The translations under genes and the position numbers were made by a program. From the NCBI GenBank assembly GCA_014858325.1, contig RKCM01000119.1:1-55430 (forward strand): a stretch of 55,430 nucleotides of DNA. Direction: 5' to 3'. The stretch comes from Oscillospiraceae bacterium (GTDB taxonomy: Bacteria; Bacillota; Clostridia; Oscillospirales; Ruminococcaceae). How positions within the stretch are numbered: position 1 is the first letter of the stretch; every line of letters starts with the position of its first letter. The notes under the pieces are model-generated. The model saw only the letters and a program-made list of their open reading frames with translations. It was not told the DNA's origin and searched no databases. Positions 1-9,500 of this stretch are shown in pieces.

Positions 1-1
1 C

Positions 2-1036
2 ATCACGGCCCGGCGGCGGGTGCCGAAACTGGAATACGTGACGGAGAACTCCAACCGGGTATGGGGCTGCAACAGCGAGGAGAACACCATCTACTCCTGC
101 AAGCTGGGCGACCCCACCAACTGGTACAGCTACAACGGCATCGCCTCGGACAGCTACGCGGTGAACGTGGGCAGCGACGGGCCCTTTACCGGGGCGGCCA
201 CCTGCATGGGATACGTCCTGTTTTTTAAGGAAAACGGCCTGCACAAGCTCTACGGCAGCCGCCCGGCGGACTACCAGCTGGTGAGCGTACAGTGCCGGGG
301 CGTGGCCAAGGGGGCCAGCAAGAGCCTGTGCGTGCTGGCAGAGGTGCTGTACTACCTCTCGCCCGACGGGGTGATGGCCTGGGACGGAAGCCTGCCTGTG
401 AAGATCAGCGGAGGGCTGACGGGCAGCTGGCTGGTGAACGTGCGGGAGGCCGTGGGCGGCGTGATGGATACCCGCTACTACCTCCACCTGAAGGTGCCCA
501 GCCGGAAGCAGACCCGGCTGCTGGTGTACGACACCGAGCGGCGGCTGTGGCACGAGGAAGACACGGCGGGTGAAACGGAGATGAACGGCTGGGCCATGTG
601 CTCCACGGGACGGCAGCTTTACCAGTGGGACGGGAAGACCCTGTGGGCCACCGAGCCGGACTACGAGACCGACCGGGACAGCGACGAGGCCAAGGCCGGG
701 CTGGAAACCACCGTCCGCTTTGATGCCGTATCCGGCGATATCGGGCTGAAGACCCCGGCGGACAAGTACATCAGCCGAGTGACGCTGCGGGTGGACGCGC
801 TGGCCTACAGCGTGGTGACCTTGCAGGCCAGCTACGACGGCGGAGCCTGGGAAACCCTGGGCGAAGCGGCAGTGCTGAAAAAGTACACCCGGGTGAACTT
901 GCCCTTTATGCCGGCACGGCATGACACGATGCGGCTGCGGCTGACGGGCACCGGGCAGATCGCGGTGCGGAGCATTGCCTTTACGCTGGCCCAGAGCCGG
1001 GGCAACCGGGTGATGGGCGGAGAGCCGAGGAGGTGA
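2..1036 (+). CDS. Phage tail tubular/stabilisation (nozzle-like beta-propeller) protein, 5' truncated by window edge
   Basis: Frame open from base 2; NRVWG..IYSCKLGDPTNW, LYYLSPDGVMAWDG and LLVYD..W motifs resemble podoviral tail-tube-B/gp10-type proteins; lies upstream of the ejection genes. Confidence 0.6.
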   Translation: MTARRRVPKLEYVTENSNRVWGCNSEENTIYSCKLGDPTNWYSYNGIASDSYAVNVGSDGPFTGAATCMGYVLFFKENGLHKLYGSRPADYQLVSVQCRGVAKGASKSLCVLAEVLYYLSPDGVMAWDGSLPVKISGGLTGSWLVNVREAVGGVMDTRYYLHLKVPSRKQTRLLVYDTERRLWHEEDTAGETEMNGWAMCSTGRQLYQWDGKTLWATEPDYETDRDSDEAKAGLETTVRFDAVSGDIGLKTPADKYISRVTLRVDALAYSVVTLQASYDGGAWETLGEAAVLKKYTRVNLPFMPARHDTMRLRLTGTGQIAVRSIAFTLAQSRGNRVMGGEPRR

Positions 1037-1040
1037 CTTT

Positions 1041-1241
1041 ATGGCAGACATTAAGAGGCTGGGCGAGATCAGCCTGCCCAAACTGAGCGACAAGGTGGCC
1101 CCGGAAGACCGAAGGGCCATCAACAACTACCTGATGCAATTGCAGGACCAGATGCTGTACATGATGCAGAATCTGGATGAGACGAATTTTTCCGACTCCA
1201 TGCGGGACAAGCTGGAAAGCATGGGGCTGGAACTGGATTGA
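1041..1241 (+). CDS. Small phage hypothetical protein (66 aa)
   Basis: Strong RBS (GGAGGTGA) 5' of ATG; operonic; phage-like codon usage. Confidence 0.75.
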   Translation: MADIKRLGEISLPKLSDKVAPEDRRAINNYLMQLQDQMLYMMQNLDETNFSDSMRDKLESMGLELD

Positions 1242-1290
1242 CCCTCTCAGTCACGCTTCGCGTGCCAGCTCCCCCGAAGGGGGAGCCCTT
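1241..1290. repeat. REP-like double-hairpin element (short variant)
   Basis: accctctcagt-CACGC ttc GCGTG-cca-GCTCCCCC gaa GGGGGAGC; related to the copies at 14104 and 16734. Confidence 0.7.
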
Positions 1291-1382
1291 GGCAGAGCGG
1301 GAAAGCCTGAGCAGGACGATACAAGCACGACCAAACCGCAAGGCGGCGGGCCCTGCGGAAAGACGTTAGGAGGAGCAAAACA

Positions 1383-2108
1383 ATGGCAAGACACGGACAT
1401 TGGTGGGAATATGTTATCCCCGGGTGGAACATGTACCGGGTGTATCAGGATGTGACCGACCCGGACGGCGGCAAATACGGCAAACAGCCGGACTACTCCG
1501 AAAGCCCCAGCCGGGTGAACGACGCACAGAACAACCTGGACTATGTGAAGAGCCAGAAGCCGGACGAGTATAAGAGCGAATACCAGAGCCAGATTTCTGA
1601 CACCCAGAACCGGCTGAACGAGATGAACCAGAAGGGGTTCAGCTACGACTACACCAAGGATGCAGCCTACCAGCAGTATAAGGACCTGTATACTCGGGGC
1701 GCAGAGCTGGCCAGCGAGGACGCCACGGCCCGGGCGGCTGCCCGCAGCGGCGGATACGGCAACAGCTGGGGTACCAGCAGCGGGCAGGACGCCTACCAGA
1801 CCACTATGAACGGCCTCTCGGACGTGGCCAACAGCCTGTACGACCAGGCCTACAGCGAGTACAACACCAAAAAGAGTGACCTGAGCAACAAGCTGAGCGC
1901 CCTGCAGCAGCAGGAAACGCTGGCACAGAACGCCTACGACCTGAAAATGAACAAATACAACAACGAGCTGAACAGCGCCGCCAACGAATACTACGACGCC
2001 GTGAGCGCCAACCAGCAGCGGAAAGCCAACCGCACCGCCAAGTGGGGCACTGGGATGAAAGTGGCGGGCTCGCTGCTGATGGCAGCGCTGGGAATGGGCC
2101 TGATCTGA
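1383..2108 (+). CDS. Putative internal virion/DNA ejection protein
   Basis: AGGAGG RBS; Q/N/Y/S-rich helical protein with GGYGNS motif and hydrophobic Gly-rich C-terminal helix; precedes the giant protein. Confidence 0.6.
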   Translation: MARHGHWWEYVIPGWNMYRVYQDVTDPDGGKYGKQPDYSESPSRVNDAQNNLDYVKSQKPDEYKSEYQSQISDTQNRLNEMNQKGFSYDYTKDAAYQQYKDLYTRGAELASEDATARAAARSGGYGNSWGTSSGQDAYQTTMNGLSDVANSLYDQAYSEYNTKKSDLSNKLSALQQQETLAQNAYDLKMNKYNNELNSAANEYYDAVSANQQRKANRTAKWGTGMKVAGSLLMAALGMGLI

Positions 2109-2127
2109 GAAACGGAGGGAAAACGAA

Positions 2128-3537
2128 ATGTCGTTATGGAGCAGCAGAAAGCGGAAGAACGCCGCCGAACAGGAAGAGCGGGCCTGGAACCAGAACCGCC
2201 CGGCGGACTATGTGAGCCGACAGAAGGACGCCATGGACGCGGTGACGGGGCAGGTGGGCAGCGGCTTTGACTGGAACACCGGGGACGAGGCCTACCAGCA
2301 GTACCGCAAGCTGAGCGCGGCCAATGCACAGGCGGGCGCAGACAATGCCAGAGCCAACGCCGCCCTGCTCGCGGGCGGGTACGGCTCCAGCTATGCCGAC
2401 AGCGTGGCCCGGCAAGGGCAGCAGCAGACGCTGGCGAGCATTGACAGCGCCCTGCCCAGCCTGCGCGGGCAGGCTTTGACCGAATACCAGAACCAGCAGT
2501 CGAACCTTTTGAACGCCCTGAGCGGGATGGCCAGCACCGAAGCGCTGGACCGCTCCGCCTATGGGGCAAACCTGGCCCAGTACAACAACTGGAAGAACTT
2601 TTTGGCGAACCAGAGCGCCCAGGCCCGGACGGCGTACGCCAACGACAAGGCCAACGCCTGGAACTGGGTGAAAAACGTTGGCGAGGCGGTGCTGAATGCC
2701 TACGACACGTACAAGGGATTCAGCCAGCAGAAATGGCAGAATGAGTTTGCAGAGCGGCAGTACGAAGACCAGAAGAAGCAGAACATTTACAGCGAAGCGT
2801 ATGACCTGTATGGCAGGGGCGCAACCACTGCCGCCGACCAGCTGCTGGAGCCCTACGGCGTGACCTCGGAGATCTTCCGAAACATGAACGAGGGAAACAC
2901 GCAGTACTCGCTGGAGGACCAGATCGGCGGGCTGAAGCTGGCAAGCTCCCTGGCGGCGGCAGGCCAAACGGGTGCGGCCCAGTGGGTGGCCAGCAGCTAC
3001 GGCTTGCCGGAAGGCATCCTCAACTACAATCTGCCGACGAGCAGCACGAGAAGCAGCGGCTCCGGCGGCAGCCGTTCGAGAAGCTCCGGCACGAGCAGCA
3101 GCGGGAGCGGGTGGACCAACAGCCAGCTGCGCGGCATTGCCAGCGATTTTTCCAAGATGGACGGAAGCGAGCCACTGTACAACTATTACAAGCAGGTGCT
3201 GACGGACGCCGGGTGGCTGGATGCGGATACAGGAACGGACGCGGGAACGGATGCACCCACGCAGAGCCGCTATACCGGGCCCAGCGTGGGTGCTTTGACG
3301 GACCTGATGATGGGCAGCAAGTGGGGGCTGCCGAACAATGCGCTGGCGCAGAAAGGCACAAACAGCGCAAAAGGCAACACCAGCCCCAGCAGCAAGTATG
3401 ACCTGCCCACACAGCTGGCGAAGAACTACGCCAAGAAGGGATACAGCGCATGGGCCATCATGAACAATATGCACGCGAACGGATACACGGACGATGAAAT
3501 TGCACAGGCACTGGAAAATGCGGGGGTGAAATACTAA
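2128..3537 (+). CDS. Putative internal virion/DNA transfer protein, N-terminus paralogous to 1383..2108
   Basis: GGAGG RBS; AYQQYR..GGYGSS motif; Ser/Gly-rich linker; stop abuts next ATG (TAAATG). Confidence 0.6.
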   Translation: MSLWSSRKRKNAAEQEERAWNQNRPADYVSRQKDAMDAVTGQVGSGFDWNTGDEAYQQYRKLSAANAQAGADNARANAALLAGGYGSSYADSVARQGQQQTLASIDSALPSLRGQALTEYQNQQSNLLNALSGMASTEALDRSAYGANLAQYNNWKNFLANQSAQARTAYANDKANAWNWVKNVGEAVLNAYDTYKGFSQQKWQNEFAERQYEDQKKQNIYSEAYDLYGRGATTAADQLLEPYGVTSEIFRNMNEGNTQYSLEDQIGGLKLASSLAAAGQTGAAQWVASSYGLPEGILNYNLPTSSTRSSGSGGSRSRSSGTSSSGSGWTNSQLRGIASDFSKMDGSEPLYNYYKQVLTDAGWLDADTGTDAGTDAPTQSRYTGPSVGALTDLMMGSKWGLPNNALAQKGTNSAKGNTSPSSKYDLPTQLAKNYAKKGYSAWAIMNNMHANGYTDDEIAQALENAGVKY

Positions 3538-6500
3538 ATGGCATGGACAGCGGAAAAAGTTAAGGCGATGCGGGAAAGTGACCCCGCGAAAGCGGCACAG
3601 AGCGACGGGTGGACGGCAGAGAAGGTGCGGGCCATGCGCACCAAGACGCCGACGGCCGCGGTGCAGCGCACTGCGCCGACCGCAGCTGCGGCCCCTGTGG
3701 CCGATGCCGCGCCCTATGACGAGGCTTTCAGCCGTTACGGTAAGCTGGCCCAGAAGTTTAAGGCGGGCACAGAGGCGCTGGAACAAAAGAGCGACCGACT
3801 GGACGCACTGAACCAGTGGTACGACGACCCGCGCAACCAGCAGCTGGTGGCCGACCTGACGGCGAAGAAGGACCCCTTTACCACCTACGCCCAGCAGGGC
3901 ACCAGCCGGAACGCGGCCAGTGCCCCGGCCCCGCTGCGCCTGATGGGCAACTCGAACTACGGCCTGCCGACCACGCCGACCACCGAAAGCAAGTACACGG
4001 ACAAGCAGCTGGAAAAGCGTGGCTACAGCGCCGGAGAGATCGGGCAGGGGCGGCAGTACCTGAAGGAGATCAACGAGATCCCGGAGGCGAAGCAGCAGGC
4101 CCGCCGCATCCTGAACACGGCGGGCGGCATTGCGGACACGGTGGAAGCGGCTCCGCTGCTGGCCGGAGAATACATCGTGCAGGCGGGCAGGAACTTTGCA
4201 AAGAGCGCGGCGAACCGTAAGGCGCTGGAAGCGGAAGTGGCCCAGAGCCCCCGGGAGAAAAACCTTTATGAAGCGCTGCTGGAAACGGACATGGACTACC
4301 AGCCCAAGTACAGCATCGGCGACCTGCTGCAGCAGGGCTTTACCCGGGACGAGATCGACAGCATGAAAGCCCGCATTGCCGGAACGGAAGCCAAAGACAG
4401 CATCGACCCGGAGCAGAGCCTGGGCTACCAGATCTACAACCGGGGCCAGAAGCTGAATGCTGCGGCCCAGAGCGGACTTGGCCCGGCGGCCAAAGCGGCC
4501 CAGGGCATTGTGAGCAGCGCGGCGGAGAACCTTGTGGTGGGCTCGGTGAACCCGGCGCTGGTGCTGCCTGTGCTGAGCGCCCAGGGCGCAGCGGAAGCCA
4601 TGGGCCAGAGCGTGGAGAAGAACGAAAGCGCCGGCAAGGCGTTGGCCGGGGGCCTTGCAAAGTTTGGCGCTGGCTGGGCCATCAACAGCGTGGGCGCGGC
4701 CGACCTTGCCCGGAGCATGGGCTCGGACTACGCCAAGGACACGATGGCCGGGCAGATCGCGGACTGGGTGCGGGGGCTGGCCGGAGACGGGACCCTTGCG
4801 CAGAATTACCCAGCGGTGGCCAATGCCCTCTCCGGCGGCATCGACAATGCCATGCAGGCCTTTGTGGAGACCTATGCCGACCAGGCCATTGACGCGGCGC
4901 TGGGCGACGAAGAAGCAGCCCGGACCATGTTTAACAAGGACACCTTCCTGACGGCGTTGGAGAGCGGCCTTTCCGGCGGCGCTTCGGGCGCGCTGGGCGG
5001 TGCCGTGGGCACCGGGCTGGGGGCGATGCGAGAAAGAGCTGCACGGGCAGAGGCAGCCGAGCAGGCACAGGCAGAAGATGCCCGGCAGCGCAAGGCGTGG
5101 GAACGCAGCCTGGAACCGGGCGAGGCTGTGGCTTTGGCAGCGGGCTCGCCCTCTCAGACGGCTGACGCCGCCAACACGGAGCAGGATGCTGTGGGGCGCA
5201 TGAACCGCGAAGCAACGGAAACTGCCGGGAATGAGCGTGTGAACGAGAACCCGGCGGTGCAGCAGTTTGCTGAGGATGCTGCGGAGGACAGCCTGACGGG
5301 AAAGACCATTCGGCTGTTTGCACCTGAAGCCGGAAATGAAGCAAACCGTGCGGCTTTTGAAGAGGCCTACGGAGTGCAGCTGCCCGGCACGGCCGCTGCG
5401 ACCCGCCGGATGCTGCGCGACATTGCGACACAGCAACAGGCGACGCCGAACGCCGAAGCGCAGATCCCGGCCGGAAATGCGGAAAGCGGAAACAAAAGTG
5501 CGGATACTGTGCAGGAAACTGCACTTTCCGTCAGAAAAAGCCCGGAAAACGTGAGAAATACGCCGGAAACCGGGATGAACACAGAGCCCGCTCGGGTGGA
5601 AGCGCAGCCGCAAATGCAGGCTGTGGAGAACCCCGGGGAAACCGTTGAAAATGCGGCAGTTGAGAATGCCCCGATGCGGGAGACTTACGGGCTGGAAGCG
5701 CCGAAGACCCAGGAACAGAAAGCGTACTACACCGAGCAGAAGATGCGCGGCTGGGACGTGAGCGAGAAAGCGGCCAAGCACCTGAGCCAGCAGCTGCCGA
5801 AAGACGTGAACGCGGACACCTATGTAGCGGCAGCATCCAGCCTGTACCGTTTGGGCCAGATGGAGGACGTGGATACCTTTGACAAGGCCCTCCGGCTGGC
5901 GGGCAGTGAGAACGCCCTGGGCCTGAACGTGAATGAGGTGCTGAGCCAGACCACCGGGCGAAATGCTTTGGAGCAGGCCTACCTTTACGGCAAGGGCGAA
6001 CGGGAAGCCCGCGCGGAACGGATGCAGCAGCTGGGCGGTGCCCTGGGCCCCCAGAGCACCAGCGGCGAGGGCATGACCTACTACAAGGGAACGGTGCGAG
6101 AGATGGACTCTGTGGGGAGCCGGATCATCCAGCTGAACGCGCAGGGAACCGGCACCGATGCGGTGCTGAAGAACGTGCTAAACGGCCCGGACGGGGCACC
6201 GAACCCCAACGTGAAAGCCTATGTGGATACCGAGACGGCTCGCATCTTCTTCGGCGACCGGGCGGAGAACGTTTTCCAGACCGTGCTGCACGAGGATTAC
6301 CACTGGTACAACACGCTGGACAGCGAGGGCGCGAAGACCTTACAGGATCATGCGCTGCAATATCTGGCCAAGAGCAGCGGCTACGAGAACATTGACGAGC
6401 TGATCCGGGCCAAGATGGGCGACTATGCGGCCCAGAAGCTGACCTATGAGCAGGCGGCGGAAGAGCTGGTGGCCGATGCATGGGGCGGCATTTTTGACAG

Positions 6501-9500
6501 CGAGGAGAGTTTCCGGCGGTGGGCACAGTTCCAGCGGGAGCAGGCCGAGAAAAACGCAGGCAAGGCCGGGGCCATCCACAAGGTGATGCAGCAGGTGAAG
6601 ACCCTGCTGGAGAACATCCTCTCGAAAGCCAAGGAAGTGCTGCGGATGGATCCCGAAAATGCTGCCGCCCAGAAAGCCCGGCGGCTTGCTGAGGCAGAAA
6701 AGCGGGCCTTGCAGGAGGAATACTTTGCTCACGCCGAAAAAGCCATGGACAACCTGCGCAGTGCAAAAGAAAACGCCGCAGACCTCAAAAATGAGAGTGC
6801 GGCGGAAGGACGGGGCGTGAGGTTCCAGCTACAAGAAGGAGAAGAAACTCTTGAAAAACAACTGAATCGAAATCTTTTAAGGCTGGAACAGATGAGCCCG
6901 GTGATTGAAATTACAGGGAAAGAAATTGCATACGGTGCAACCAGTAAAGAAAACGCTGAAAACATCGTGCGCTTCTTTGAATCGGTCGGCGGAAAAGTAG
7001 AACGTGATGGATTTGGTGTGATCGAGCTGACTCGCAAGGGAGCAAAAGCAACCGTACAGCACGGCAATGGCCCGGCGAAACAAATTGCGGCAGCGGCGAT
7101 TCCTGATGTTATCCGTTATGGCGAACAGATCGGCTTTGTAGAGAATTGGAAAGGCCGGGGGTATAACACATATACATTTGTAGCGCCGGTCGTGGTGGCT
7201 GGAACAAAAATCTATGAGGCGGTCGTTGTAAATGAATACCGCAGTACAAAGCAAGGAAATAAGTTTTATGTCCACGAAGTGTGCGGTTCTGATGGAAGTC
7301 TGTTAGTATTGGATGATGCAGGACAGATAAAACAAAAGCAGGAAAGCGCTGACACGGTACTCAAAACCGAGGAGGGCGGTGAACGCCCGAGCTTTCCTGC
7401 TAATAGAATTATAACACAGAACGATGCCCCTGTAAAGAAAAACACCCGCTTTCAGATGGCAAGCCCTGTGGAAGTGAACAGCGAAAAAGAGCTGGTGGCG
7501 GTGCACAACCTGACCGAAGAAAATCTGCGGGAAGCGCTGGAGCTGGGCGGGATGCCCTCGCCCTCCATTGCCGTGGTAAAAGCACAGGCGGGACACAGTA
7601 AATATGGCCCCATCTCGCTGGTGTTTGGCCCGGACAGCATTGACCCGCAGGCCAACCGCGCCAACCGGGTGTACGGCTCGGATGCCTGGACGCCGACCAG
7701 GCCGAACGTGGAGTATGCAGTAAACGGAAAGGCCCTGACGGCCTTTGAAAAAGCCATCTACAACGCCAGCGAGGACGCGTTTGAAGGAAAATTTGTCAAC
7801 AGTGCGGCACTGCAGCGTATGGGCGTGGGGGAAGTGAGCAGCGAAAACAGGACGGAACTTGCCCAGAAGCTGCAGCGGGAGACCGCAGTGCAGCTGGCGT
7901 ACCTGAAAGAAAAGGGCCAAACCGTAGTGCCGATATACAAAACCGAACGGGAAACGTTTGACAGCATGGGAAACGACGTGCTGGAAAAGGTGGTGGAACG
8001 CGCAGGAGCGGACGAGATTAAAAACGCTTTCGAGAACGGCGATTTTGACCTGCTGGATAAGCTGGCCGATAAAGCGGCGGACGCACTGGAAGAAAAGTAC
8101 ACCCATGGGGCGCTGGCAGGCCAAAACAAGCGTTGGCAGATGCGCATTGACAAGCTGCGCAAGGAGAACCGCGGGCGGTTGTATGGACTGATCGAGCACG
8201 CCTACAAGATGTTGACGGATACCAGCGACGGCAAGGCTATGCTGGACGTGGAGGCAACGCGAGAGGCCATCCGTGAAGCAGCCCCGGAAGCACAAGTGGA
8301 ACGGTGGGCCTACGACAAGCTGGGGGATGTGCTGGGCGAGAAAGGAATCCGCAACCAAAAGGATCGCTTTACCAGAGGCGGCAAGAGCCGCAGCTTTGCT
8401 GAGCTGCACAACCCTTATACACTGGAAAATCTGGTGGCAGCCATGAACGCCCAGAACGCGCGGGGACAGGACGTGTGGGGACTCTCAGCTTCGACCTTGA
8501 TGTCCACCACGACTGCCGAATACAAAAACCTCGACGAAGTGCGGGCGGACAAAGGCCGCTTGCAGCAGATGCCGGAGGAAGAGTATAAGACCCTGCTGGA
8601 AAAGGCAGACAACCAGATCGAGGCTGTGATCAGCAAGCTGCGCAGCGAGACCGAAGCCCACGCTGACAACAGCTTTGAAGAGCGGGAAATTCTTGGCGAC
8701 ATTTTGCTGCGGGCGGCGCAGGGCAGCCAGACCACGGCGGCCATCGGCAAGGCTTTTGCCAAAGAGGGCTACAGCATCAGCAAGGATACGGCGGCACTCA
8801 TCCGAAAGCTGTACAAAGACGTGGCAGCCATCCCCACCGGGTACTTTGAGGCAAAGCCCCAGCGGGCGGTTGGTTTTGACGAAGTGAAAGCGGCCATTCT
8901 GCCGGACAATGCCAGCCCCACGCTGGTGGACAGCCTGAGAGAGCACGGCGTTGCCGTGCAGCAGTACAAGGCCGGAGATGAGGCACAGCGGGCAGAGCTT
9001 TTGAACAAGGTGCCCAACGTCCGTTTCCAGATGGCGGAGAACGCCGACAAGGAAGCGCGAAAGAACACCCAGCGGCAGGCCAGCCGGGCCATTGCGGAGC
9101 GGGACGCCTCGCTGAAGACGCTGATGGACTTTTTCGGCATCACACGAGGGGTGCGCATCTCGGACGACAGTATGGAAAGCCTGGCACTGAAGACCATCTA
9201 TGCGGCGGGTGCCAAGGGCAAGATGAACGCCACCGAGTTTGCCGGGAAGCTGCGGCCGCTGGTGGAGTACATGAAGGCCGACGGGGCCGATATGAGCAAG
9301 GCCCAGAGCATGGCCGAGGTGCTGGCAGGCGAGGCGCTGGACCATGCCACGACCCGCAACACCGAACTGTGGGACCAGTACCCGGAACTGCACAGCCTGA
9401 GCTACACCGTGGCCAAAGACGGGCAGGCCGAAAAGGAACTGGTGCGGCGGTACGGCAGCTGGGGCGCGGCAGTGAAGGACGCCCGGAGCCACGGGGTGCA

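Noticed and set aside
6877..7275. 132-aa minus-strand ORF downstream of the antisense promoter as a protein antitoxin
   Set aside because: Lies beyond the U-tract at 7329, has no clear RBS and has a Cys/Phe-rich shadow-like sequence; not fully excluded without ribosome profiling
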